A DNA stretch of 29,265 nt. Source: a virus (lineage: Duplodnaviria > Caudoviricetes). Made by a program: the position numbers and the translations under genes. The stretch's first letter is position 1, and the number at the start of each line of letters is the position of its first letter. Below, piece after piece: positions 16,528-24,471 of the stretch. The notes under the pieces are model-generated. The model searched no databases. It worked only from the letters and a program-made list of their open reading frames with translations, and was not told the origin of the DNA. The stretch spans positions 1 through 29,265 of IMG/VR virus record IMGVR_UViG_3300037465_000219, one strand, 5' to 3'.

Positions 16528-17589
16528 TTATACGGTTGATGCGCCTACGATTGCTCCGAAGCCTGTGTTCTTTTTAGGCAGGCACAGGTGATAAAGTCGG
16601 AAGCCGATCTCGTGCCTTCTGTACTTTGGATCATTCTGCGCATCGGCAAAGAACATCTCAGCAGTACCCACTGTCTGAATAGCTCTTGGTGCGTAGAAGA
16701 ATATTGATCCTTTATACTCTGTTGACGGGGTGCTTGCCGCACCGAATGCTTTTTTAGTATAATCAGCCCCGGCTAAGCTGTAAACCGCCGGTCTGTTATA
16801 TTGGAATATCTGAAACCCGTACCATGATGGCAGGATTTTGCCAGTCTCAATATCCTTGTACTTCTTTGCGAAGTCCTGGTTCAGTTTGAGCAAATCATTG
16901 TAATGCTCCATTGATAATACCAGGGTGCGGCCATCCATTGGCACATCAAGGTTATCCATGAATTCTTTTGCATTTATAATATCGGCCTCGGTTATTGCTT
17001 TTCTTGCAATTGATCTGCCATCGCTGGCACCGGTTGTAAGAATGAGGCTTGGATTACCGGCACCGCCTGCAGGGGCAAGGGAGTGATAACTCTTTTGTGC
17101 GGTCTTATCCTCCAATGCCCCACGGTGATCACGGATAACAGAACCTGGCTTATCGTAAGGCAGGTTATACAATTCATCTTTAGTGATGAGTGTGTTTTCT
17201 GTGTCAAACTTATCGAGGCTCAAAGCAATATCTGCATCAGTACGCTGTGCGCTGTTGATAGGGTATGTGGTATTATTTACCAGCACCGTAGGGTCAACAC
17301 CCACATCCACCAGGTGAATGGTATTATTTTTTACAAGGTCATCACGGCGGGGCACCACACTGAGCCAGCTTTTTTCATGGCGAAACTTGTCAACAAGCTC
17401 ACCCGTCCAAAGCTCAGGGTACAATCCTGCCATCAATGAATTTTGAGGAGTTACAATAAACTGCTTGGCTATGAATAACCCTGTAGATAACGGCAGGGAA
17501 TGATCCGTCATAGGAGACAGAGCAATTGCGCCGAGGAAGATGTAAACGATTGACGTTAACAGCTTGCTTAAAATTGAGATTGATTTCAT
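16528..17589 (-). CDS. Major capsid protein with hydrophobic N-terminal leader
   Basis: Follows protease/scaffold; ELWTGELVDKFR, IHLVDVGVDP.VLVNNTTYPI, LDKFDTENT, VP.DGR.LVL; start MKSISIL (17589) preferred over the track's 17652. Confidence 0.85.
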   Translation of the reverse strand: MKSISILSKLLTSIVYIFLGAIALSPMTDHSLPLSTGLFIAKQFIVTPQNSLMAGLYPELWTGELVDKFRHEKSWLSVVPRRDDLVKNNTIHLVDVGVDPTVLVNNTTYPINSAQRTDADIALSLDKFDTENTLITKDELYNLPYDKPGSVIRDHRGALEDKTAQKSYHSLAPAGGAGNPSLILTTGASDGRSIARKAITEADIINAKEFMDNLDVPMDGRTLVLSMEHYNDLLKLNQDFAKKYKDIETGKILPSWYGFQIFQYNRPAVYSLAGADYTKKAFGAASTPSTEYKGSIFFYAPRAIQTVGTAEMFFADAQNDPKYRRHEIGFRLYHLCLPKKNTGFGAIVGASTV

Positions 17590-17660
17590 GGCTATACTTG
17601 AATTATCGGTTTGTAAATTTTTGCTTCCAGGCATACATACCGAATCATTCATGTGCCAGC

Positions 17661-18152
17661 TTATGCATGCATGCCCATTGCTTCAGGCTTGCGTCCATAT
17701 TTATCTGTGTATAAACTGGCATACACTTCGGGCTGTTCCTTGCGTATTTTTTCCACTTCAGTCATTCCTTTTGCAACCAGCTTATCCCATGCTTCGCCTT
17801 TTTTATCAGTAAGCTCAGGGGTTTCTGTTTCATCAGTTGCGCCAGGCACTTCGGCGTTTTGCTTTTTTATATAATCGAGCGGTTTAGTTGCAGATTGAAT
17901 TTTGCCCAATGCCATTTTCAGGCCCTCAACATTCCCTTCAAAATTCTTTGCCCACTCATCCTTTTCTGCAGCTACAATCTTTTTATCAGTAACGGCCTGG
18001 TCAAGCAATGACGTAATTGCAATCTTTTTCTGATTAGCAATTGTGCTTTCTGCTGTTTCTTTTTGTTTTAAGGCTGATTCAACAGCAGCATCAATCTGCT
18101 CGTCTGTTGCCGTTTCAGGAAGGTTCAACCTGGAAAGAAGCTCCTTTTTCAT
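17661..18152 (-). CDS. Probable nested in-frame scaffolding protein (internal start)
   Basis: In-frame ATG at 18152 (MKKELLSRLNLPETATDEQI) preceded by an A-rich tract resembling Bacteroidota initiation regions; analogous to Mu I/Z. Confidence 0.55.
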   Translation of the reverse strand: MKKELLSRLNLPETATDEQIDAAVESALKQKETAESTIANQKKIAITSLLDQAVTDKKIVAAEKDEWAKNFEGNVEGLKMALGKIQSATKPLDYIKKQNAEVPGATDETETPELTDKKGEAWDKLVAKGMTEVEKIRKEQPEVYASLYTDKYGRKPEAMGMHA

Positions 18153-18818
18153 ACTGTATTTTTTTGAATTTTGAATTTGTGTTTTATTAAGACAGGTGTC
18201 AAAAATGTTCACCAGGTCTTTTTCATTTGTTACATTATCAGGCACCGGCACTTCGTCTGCATCATATATTTCATCCACCAGCTTCATTGCAAGACAGTCA
18301 TCTGCTGTCAGCCATTTGTCCACTCCCTTTTGTACCAGCTTTTCTTTCACCTCATCTTCTGTCATCCCGGTTTTTTCAGCGTAAATCTTTATAAGATCGC
18401 CTTCGGCTTTCTCTACCATTTCGGCATACCGCTTTATATCATCTGCATCACCTTCTGCCCAACCGGTTGCCTTATGCGTCATCATACGGCCATACTTGCT
18501 TATCTTAACCTTCTTTCCTGCGAGAGCGACTACTGATGCCATTGATGCTGCCACACCATCAATCCAAGTTTCGACTTCTTTGCCTGAACGGTTGAACATC
18601 TTCATGGCATTATACATTGCCAATCCCTCGAACACACTACCACCGGCGCTGTTAATGCGGATTCGTATCGTATTGTAAAGAGCTGCGAGCTGAGAAAGTT
18701 CAATCACAAAATCTACTGCACTGATGTCGTTAGGGCTGATATAGCCGTAAATCAGAATCTCTGCTGTATTCGGGTTTATTCTGTTTACAACCCATGCTTT
18801 CTTTTTTACGTTCGGCAT
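17661..18818 (-). CDS. ClpP-type head maturation protease fused to scaffold domain
   Basis: IYGYI, INSAGGSVFEG, IDGVAASMAS (catalytic Ser), MMTH (His), WLTADDCL..KLVDEI; helical C-terminal half. Confidence 0.9.
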   Translation of the reverse strand: MPNVKKKAWVVNRINPNTAEILIYGYISPNDISAVDFVIELSQLAALYNTIRIRINSAGGSVFEGLAMYNAMKMFNRSGKEVETWIDGVAASMASVVALAGKKVKISKYGRMMTHKATGWAEGDADDIKRYAEMVEKAEGDLIKIYAEKTGMTEDEVKEKLVQKGVDKWLTADDCLAMKLVDEIYDADEVPVPDNVTNEKDLVNIFDTCLNKTQIQNSKKYSMKKELLSRLNLPETATDEQIDAAVESALKQKETAESTIANQKKIAITSLLDQAVTDKKIVAAEKDEWAKNFEGNVEGLKMALGKIQSATKPLDYIKKQNAEVPGATDETETPELTDKKGEAWDKLVAKGMTEVEKIRKEQPEVYASLYTDKYGRKPEAMGMHA

Positions 18819-18843
18819 ATTCAGTCACGATGAAATGTTGACG

Positions 18844-18875
18844 CAAACCTAACAGCCATAAACGCATGCAGCAAA
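18844..18875 (-). promoter_or_regulatory. Bacteroidota-type primary sigma promoter for the protease-capsid-tail operon
   Basis: Minus strand TTTG-N20-TAGGTTTG, matching the -33 TTTG / -7 TAnnTTTG consensus, 25 nt upstream of ATG 18818. Confidence 0.7.
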
Positions 18876-18967
18876 TCGGGAATCTGTGACAGGATAATTA
18901 TTGCCTTTAAAAGGATTTTAAAACCTTTTCATAAAAAGAGAAGTCGTTCATAGCTATTGACAGACGC

Positions 18968-18975
18968 TAAGTTTG
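18968..18975 (+). promoter_or_regulatory. -7 promoter element for the terminase-portal operon
   Basis: TAAGTTTG 22 nt upstream of ATG 18998; no clear -33 TTTG. Confidence 0.55.
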
Positions 18976-18997
18976 TAACCGAAACAACTACAGATTA

Positions 18998-19462
18998 ATG
19001 GGTAAAAAAATTGATGAGAGTAAAAAAGAGTTCGCCTTTCTCCTTTATATGAGCGGTGAGTTGCAGAAAAACATTTGCGACCGGGTGCCGATTGATGCCA
19101 AGACCCTGCAGAAATATATTGAGAAGGAACGGTGGGGACAACGAAGAGCCGCTTCTCATGTTACAAGAAGCGAGCTGGTGAACAAAATACTTCTTTCTGT
19201 AAGCCGTGTTTTAGACAAACACCTGAATGATGAAGATGATGATCAGAATATAAGTGATCAGCTGGTAAAGTTTGCCAAAACAATTGAAACCCTTGATAAG
19301 AAGGCCTCAGTCGTTGATGATATGGAAGTTTTTACCGGCTACAATACCTGGCTGCAAAACCGGGTGCACATAGATAAAGAACTCAGCCCTGAGTTTGTAA
19401 AAAAGAATAACAGGTATCAAGACCTGTACATCAGCGAACGAATAAGCCAGCAACACGGATAA
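18998..19462 (+). CDS. Putative terminase small subunit (HTH)
   Basis: AFLLYMSGELQKNICDRV.I..KTLQKYIEKERW HTH-like N-terminus; TAATG-coupled to the large terminase. Confidence 0.7.
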   Translation: MGKKIDESKKEFAFLLYMSGELQKNICDRVPIDAKTLQKYIEKERWGQRRAASHVTRSELVNKILLSVSRVLDKHLNDEDDDQNISDQLVKFAKTIETLDKKASVVDDMEVFTGYNTWLQNRVHIDKELSPEFVKKNNRYQDLYISERISQQHG

Positions 19463-20967
19463 TGCAAAACCTGAAACAGGCATACGAAAAATGGCAGGAG
19501 CATTGTAAGCTGATACAACTGCGAACAACGGTTGACAGCGCAGAAGATCAGCGTCAGCGCAGTCTTCGTATTGCCCGATGCCAGAAAGACTACTCCGCAT
19601 TTGTTGATTACTACTTCCCTCATCTGGCGAAAAGCAAAACAGCGAAGTTCCAGGTTCGTGATGCCAATATGGTTTTAAGTAATAAAAAGCTGAAGGCTGT
19701 GTTTGAATGGGCCAGGGGCCACGCCAAGAGCACTCACTTTGGAGTAATGATACCCATGTGGCTGATGATTCAAAAAGAGAAAGAGATCAATGTGATGATA
19801 CTGGTGAGCAAAAGCCAGGACATGGCTTGCCGGTTATTAGGTGATCTGCAGGCTGAGCTGATGCACAATAAAAGGTTCATCCAGGATTATGGCGAACAAT
19901 TTAACAGTGGAAGCTGGACAGACGGAGAGTTTAAAACGCTTAACGGAAATCTTTTTATTGCATTAGGCCGTGGTCAATCGCCCCGTGGCATTAAAGACCG
20001 TGGCATCCGGCCAGATTATGTTATATGTGACGATATTGATGATGACGAGCTGGTAAAAAACCAGCGAAGAGTAAATGAAGCTGTGAACTGGACAATTGAA
20101 GCTCTTTATAAAACCATTGACATGGGGGCAGGCCGTTTTATTATTGTTGGTAACCGTATTGGTAAAAAATCAATTTTGGCTGATGTGGCAAAAATGGATG
20201 GAGTATATCATACTATCGTGAACTCACTCGATAAAAATGGCAATCCTTCATGGCCTGAAAAATGGACACGGGAAGAAGTCCTCGAAGACATTGCATTTAT
20301 GGGATACCGGCGTGCTCAAAAGGAACACTTCAATAACCCCATTACCGAAGGAGCAGTATTTAAGAATGACTGGATCAGGTGGAAGAATGTGCTTCCGTTG
20401 CACAAATACGATATGATCGTTGCCTACATTGACCCCTCATTTAAGAGCACCGCAAAAAGTGACTATAAGGCAATTAAAGTATGGGGTGCCTGGAAAAATG
20501 AGCTTCATAATATAGCCGCTTTTGTAAGACAATGCACCGTTGGTGAGATGGTGCGTTGGTTATACGATTATCATGAACAACTTCCCGATAGTGCAGTATG
20601 CTATTATTTCATGGAAGCAAACTTTCTGCAAGACCTGATCCTTGACGAATTTGAAAAGGAAGGTGAACTGAGAGGTTATCAATTGCCGATTGCTGCTGAT
20701 AAAAGATCAAAGCCGGATAAGCATCAGCGAATAGAAGCGGTCAGTCCCTTGTGGGAGCGTGGCTTTGTTTATTACAACGAAGCGCTTAAAAATAATCCGG
20801 ATATGATAACGGGCATTGAACAAACACTTGCCTTTGAAAAAGGCGGAACCGTGCATGATGACGGCCCCGATGCCGACGAAGGTGCCATTTGGATATTGCA
20901 AAGGCATAACCGGCAGATCAGGGGTGAGGTTTCATTAGGCATAAGAACAAATAAAAGAGTATGGTAA
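19462..20967 (+). CDS. terL: Terminase large subunit
   Basis: Walker A-like ARGHAKST, RG...RPDYVICDDID Walker B, IIVGN, nuclease motifs YIDPS, DYKA, MEAN, HDDGPDA. Confidence 0.92.
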   Translation: MQNLKQAYEKWQEHCKLIQLRTTVDSAEDQRQRSLRIARCQKDYSAFVDYYFPHLAKSKTAKFQVRDANMVLSNKKLKAVFEWARGHAKSTHFGVMIPMWLMIQKEKEINVMILVSKSQDMACRLLGDLQAELMHNKRFIQDYGEQFNSGSWTDGEFKTLNGNLFIALGRGQSPRGIKDRGIRPDYVICDDIDDDELVKNQRRVNEAVNWTIEALYKTIDMGAGRFIIVGNRIGKKSILADVAKMDGVYHTIVNSLDKNGNPSWPEKWTREEVLEDIAFMGYRRAQKEHFNNPITEGAVFKNDWIRWKNVLPLHKYDMIVAYIDPSFKSTAKSDYKAIKVWGAWKNELHNIAAFVRQCTVGEMVRWLYDYHEQLPDSAVCYYFMEANFLQDLILDEFEKEGELRGYQLPIAADKRSKPDKHQRIEAVSPLWERGFVYYNEALKNNPDMITGIEQTLAFEKGGTVHDDGPDADEGAIWILQRHNRQIRGEVSLGIRTNKRVW

Positions 20968-21218
20968 AAAGACTAATTGCAAAAATCGTAATGGCCTGGC
21001 ATCGCTGGCGGCTGAATCAGGATTTGAAAATCGCCATTGAACAAGCGAAAGAGATAAGATATAAAAGCCACAAAAAACAGTTCGTGCTTTATTTCAATGG
21101 CAGATTTAATGTGGTGGAAAAACAAAAAGTAAAGGAGTTGGTGCGCACCGGTGGTTTTTTTCGTAAAGGAATTTCTGTAAAGGATGTGGAGCGGTCAGCT
21201 TATTATGTAACCGATTAA
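20961..21218 (+). CDS. Small basic hypothetical protein
   Basis: 85 aa, overlaps the terL stop, co-oriented within the operon. Confidence 0.65.
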   Translation: MVKRLIAKIVMAWHRWRLNQDLKIAIEQAKEIRYKSHKKQFVLYFNGRFNVVEKQKVKELVRTGGFFRKGISVKDVERSAYYVTD

Positions 21219-21226
21219 TTTTTTAT

Positions 21227-21664
21227 ATGAGTGCTTTTTTAGTTTACCCGGCAGATTACCGTGGCCTTGTAAGAGATGAAGTGCTGATGGCTGTTATCCG
21301 GCAGGATGAAACGGCTATCGAGCTAATGGAGGAAAGGGCCATCGAGGAAATGAAAGGATACCTGGCTACCAGGTATGATGCCGCAGCCATATTCAACGCT
21401 ACCGGGTCGGCCAGAAACCAGCTTATTGTTATGTTCTGTGCCGACATCACTCTTTACCACCTTTATACAGAACTAAACCGGCAGCGGGTGCCGCAGGAAC
21501 GGCTGGAAAGATACAACCGGGCTATTGAATGGCTCCGGGATGTAGCCGATGGCAAGATCAGCCCAACAGGTTTGCCAACAATTTATGATACCGAAACGGG
21601 TGAAACCGACCTGTTGAATCCTATCAGATGGGGCAGCAATGATAAATATGCCAATGAGTGGTAA
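21227..21664 (+). CDS. Head-tail connector, Mu gp36-like (DUF1320-like)
   Basis: AIEEMKGYLATRYD...IF...RN.LIVMFCADITLYHL...RLERYNRAIEWLRDVADG. Confidence 0.85.
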   Translation: MSAFLVYPADYRGLVRDEVLMAVIRQDETAIELMEERAIEEMKGYLATRYDAAAIFNATGSARNQLIVMFCADITLYHLYTELNRQRVPQERLERYNRAIEWLRDVADGKISPTGLPTIYDTETGETDLLNPIRWGSNDKYANEW

Positions 21665-21782
21665 GAGAATTGCCGTTTAGAAAACTGTTAGGGGTGTTTA
21701 GAAACAAATAACTGCCCCTTTCACGCACCAAAACACGACTTGAGTAAAAATAAGCGGAACAAACCGCCCTAAAATAAAAGCC

Positions 21783-23078
21783 ATGAAAATCTCAATATTG
21801 AGGAGTTTATTCGGAAAAAAAACCGCCCAGGCTGAACAGCCAGGCGAATATGATTTGCGCCGTCATCCCAATGCGGTTATGATGAAAAAAGAGGAGTTGG
21901 AGAGAATTAAGGGGGTACTTATTGACCTGGTGAGGATGACACAGGCCCTTACAAAAAAGGATATTCAGAGCTGGCGGATGGCATGGCAGCGGGCATTGAG
22001 TGTTGAAAATCCAAGCCGGTTTGAGCTGCTGAATCATTACCGGGATGCTGTTATAGACAACCACCTGGAGGGAACCATGCAGCAGCGGAAGCTGGAGATA
22101 TTGCAAAAAACCTTCCGGATTGTGGACAGGAAAAGCCGGGAGGAAAAGCCTGAACTGACTGCGTTACTTGAAAAGCCGTGGTTCCAGGAATGGATGAGCC
22201 TGGCATGGGATAGTATATTATATGGATATTCCTTAGTTCAGTTTGGCGATGTTGTAAAAATAAACGGGGAGATCTCCTTTTCAGATGTAACACTGGTGCC
22301 ACGGGAACATGTTGTTCCTGAATATAGCCGAATAGTAAAGTACCCTAACGACTATTGGAAAAACGGAGTGGATTTTACACAACCGCCACTTAGCAACTGG
22401 TGCATGGGTATTGGCCGTAAGGACAATCTCGGACTTCTTTTGAAGGTGGTGCCGCAAACAATAAGCATCCGGCATATGGAAGCATTTTGGGATCAGTTCG
22501 GCGAGATATTCGGCATGCCTATCCGGATTGCCAAAACAACCAGCCGGGATAATAAGGAACGGAGCAAGATTGAAAGCATGCTCGAAAATATGGGAGCTGC
22601 CGCATGGGGACTCTTTCCTGACGGCACAGATATTGAAATTAAGGAAACAACAAGGGGTGACGCTTTCAGGGTATATGATCAGCGTATTGTACGGGCAGAA
22701 TCAAGAATAAGTAAGGCTATCATCGGCCAGACGATGACAATTGAAGATGGCAGCAGCCGGAGTCAGAGTGAAACGCATCTGAAACAGTTTGAAAAAATTG
22801 TTGCCGCCGATGCCATGATGATAAAGACGATTGTGAACTACATGCTGCTCCCATTATGCAACATGCATGGCTTTGGATTTGGTGACACCGATTTTGAGTG
22901 GGTGGAAACGACCGAATATACTCCGGAAGAGCAAATGAAGATAGAGGAGATGCTGTTGAAGTTCTTTGACATTGAACCCAAATACTTCGAAGATAAATAT
23001 GGTGTGCCTGTGGTTCCTAAGAAAAACAAACCGGCACCAATACCGGCAACCGGCGAACCTCTTGATTTTTTCGAATAA
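21783..23078 (+). CDS. Portal protein, Mu gp29-like (DUF935-like)
   Basis: DNHL..T.QQRK, DSILYGYSLV, W..F.E.FGMPIRIAK, ISKAIIGQTMT..DGSSRSQSETH. Confidence 0.9.
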   Translation: MKISILRSLFGKKTAQAEQPGEYDLRRHPNAVMMKKEELERIKGVLIDLVRMTQALTKKDIQSWRMAWQRALSVENPSRFELLNHYRDAVIDNHLEGTMQQRKLEILQKTFRIVDRKSREEKPELTALLEKPWFQEWMSLAWDSILYGYSLVQFGDVVKINGEISFSDVTLVPREHVVPEYSRIVKYPNDYWKNGVDFTQPPLSNWCMGIGRKDNLGLLLKVVPQTISIRHMEAFWDQFGEIFGMPIRIAKTTSRDNKERSKIESMLENMGAAAWGLFPDGTDIEIKETTRGDAFRVYDQRIVRAESRISKAIIGQTMTIEDGSSRSQSETHLKQFEKIVAADAMMIKTIVNYMLLPLCNMHGFGFGDTDFEWVETTEYTPEEQMKIEEMLLKFFDIEPKYFEDKYGVPVVPKKNKPAPIPATGEPLDFFE

Positions 23079-23100
23079 GCCCCGACGCTTCGGTCGGGGC
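23066..23100 (+). promoter_or_regulatory. Candidate -1 programmed frameshift signal joining portal to MuF
   Basis: T TTT TTC (23066-23072), 6-nt spacer GAATAA, 8-bp stem GCCCCGAC/GTCGGGGC; -1 frame is open and in frame with MuF. Confidence 0.7.
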
Positions 23101-23101
23101 G

Positions 23102-24421
23102 GTGATCACTAAGAAAAGAATGGATCACCTGTATGGCCGTGTATGCCCGAACTGCGGCGGGTTTCATACAATTAATAATAACGGACAATTTCCTGATGAA
23201 AAAATGCGCAAAGAAGCGGGGCGCATAGCAAAAGGAATTTATGACGGTACAATAAAATCAGGAACTATTGATCCGGAAATGACAAAACTGGTAGCTAATG
23301 AACTTCGTAAAGCGGTGATAGAAGGATTTGGCGCCGATTTTCCCCAGCTTGATTTTGATACACCACACTACAGCATGCTGGAGCAGCTTGAAAAAAACGT
23401 ATTCCAGTTCAGCGCAGCGAAAAATTACCAGCAGCTGAAAAGCATGAACCTGGCATTGCGTGACAAGGATGGAAAGATTAGGTCATTTGCTGATTTCCGT
23501 GAGGAAGCTTTGAAAATCTCTGACACCTACCTCGGCTCATGGTTGCAAACTGAATATGACACCGCAATCGGATCGGCACAAATGGCTGGTAAGTGGGTGG
23601 ATATTGAGGAGAATAAGGATAAAGCTCCTTACCTGCGATATGATACCGCAGGCGATAGCCGCGTAAGACCGGCACATAGGGAACTGGATGGTGTTATCAG
23701 AAAAATTGATGACAGGTTTTGGGATACATACTACCCTCCTAATGGGTGGAATTGCCGGTGCAGTGTAACCCAATTATTGCATGTAAGAGAAACACCACTG
23801 GAAAAAATAAAGACGCCGGATGATGTACCGAAAATATTCCGCACAAACATCGCAAAAAAGGGCTTGGCTTTCCCTCCAAATCACCCATACTTTATAGATA
23901 TACCTGCTGATGTATTGCGCCAGGCACTTGACCTGCTGCCACAGGAAAGTCAATTTGATATTGTAAAAACTTTTGAAAAAGGCGGAAGGGTGAGGATACA
24001 CAAATCCGCACTAAAAAACAGCAGGGACTATAACGATGTGCTTAAAGTTGCTGAAGATAAAGCAAGGAAGGGGATGGCTGTTGATGTAATGCCGACCATT
24101 CATCCGAATGATCCGGGAAGGGAGGTGTTATTTAAAGGAGCAAAGAAGGGCAAGTCGCCAGACCTGCGCATCCAGGGAAAGTTTATAGAGGTGGAAACAC
24201 CGGAGCTGCCATTACACCGTAACAAGATCGGGCATAGCATTGCGTATGGAAGTAAACAGGCTGATCATGTTGTTATAGTACTCAAGAATAAAGTTTCGTT
24301 CAATAAAATGCTGAGGATATCAAAGGGAAGATTTAATCTTCATAAATCACTACAGGTAATTGAATTCAGCATTAAGAATAAATATTACAGGTTTGAAAGA
24401 AAGAAGCTGATAAAAAAATAG
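23102..24421 (+). CDS. MuF (Mu gpF / SPP1 gp7-like) minor head protein with C-terminal CdiA-CT-like PD-(D/E)xK nuclease extension
   Basis: WLQTEYDTA, YLRYDTAGDSRVRPAH..LDG...DD.FW...YPPNGWNCRC MuF core; C-terminal KSPDLRIQGKFIEVETP...SKQADHVVIVL. Confidence 0.85.
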   Translation: MITKKRMDHLYGRVCPNCGGFHTINNNGQFPDEKMRKEAGRIAKGIYDGTIKSGTIDPEMTKLVANELRKAVIEGFGADFPQLDFDTPHYSMLEQLEKNVFQFSAAKNYQQLKSMNLALRDKDGKIRSFADFREEALKISDTYLGSWLQTEYDTAIGSAQMAGKWVDIEENKDKAPYLRYDTAGDSRVRPAHRELDGVIRKIDDRFWDTYYPPNGWNCRCSVTQLLHVRETPLEKIKTPDDVPKIFRTNIAKKGLAFPPNHPYFIDIPADVLRQALDLLPQESQFDIVKTFEKGGRVRIHKSALKNSRDYNDVLKVAEDKARKGMAVDVMPTIHPNDPGREVLFKGAKKGKSPDLRIQGKFIEVETPELPLHRNKIGHSIAYGSKQADHVVIVLKNKVSFNKMLRISKGRFNLHKSLQVIEFSIKNKYYRFERKKLIKK

Positions 24422-24440
24422 CCCCGGTAAACCGGGACTA
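24412..24440 (-). terminator. Intrinsic terminator, minus strand
   Basis: TAGTCCCGG-TTTA-CCGGGGCTA followed by TTTTTTT; the U-G wobble forms only in the minus-strand RNA. Confidence 0.7.
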
Positions 24441-24470
24441 CAGGAGCGGTGTTCCGTAGAACCCCGCACC
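24412..24470 (-). ncRNA. Candidate small structured RNA transcribed antisense just downstream of the MuF-toxin gene
   Basis: Minus strand GGTGCGGGGTTC-TACG-GAACACCGCTCC (cUACGg hairpin), TG, then the terminator hairpin (its T starts TAGTCCCGG) and T7; own promoter directly upstream. Confidence 0.55.
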
Positions 24471-24471
24471 A

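Noticed and set aside
17590-17652. Longer N-termini given by the ORF track for the capsid (17652), 1346..1822 and 26001..26483
   Set aside because: The latter two extensions overlap upstream genes, and the capsid extension is polar and unremarkable; downstream ATGs (17589, 1786, 26441) give more typical N-termini
533-17874. Many plus-strand ORFs from the track (e.g. 2052..2447, 10710..11090, 14791..15327)
   Set aside because: Antisense shadows of a tightly packed minus-strand operon with no recognisable motifs
23079-23100. Hairpin after the portal stop as a sense-strand terminator
   Set aside because: No U-tract follows on the plus strand and it is mid-operon; spacing from the slippery heptamer fits a frameshift stimulator better (a weak minus-strand terminator cannot be excluded)
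24412-24470. tRNA gene
   Set aside because: Only two hairpins, no cloverleaf or T-loop consensus, too short
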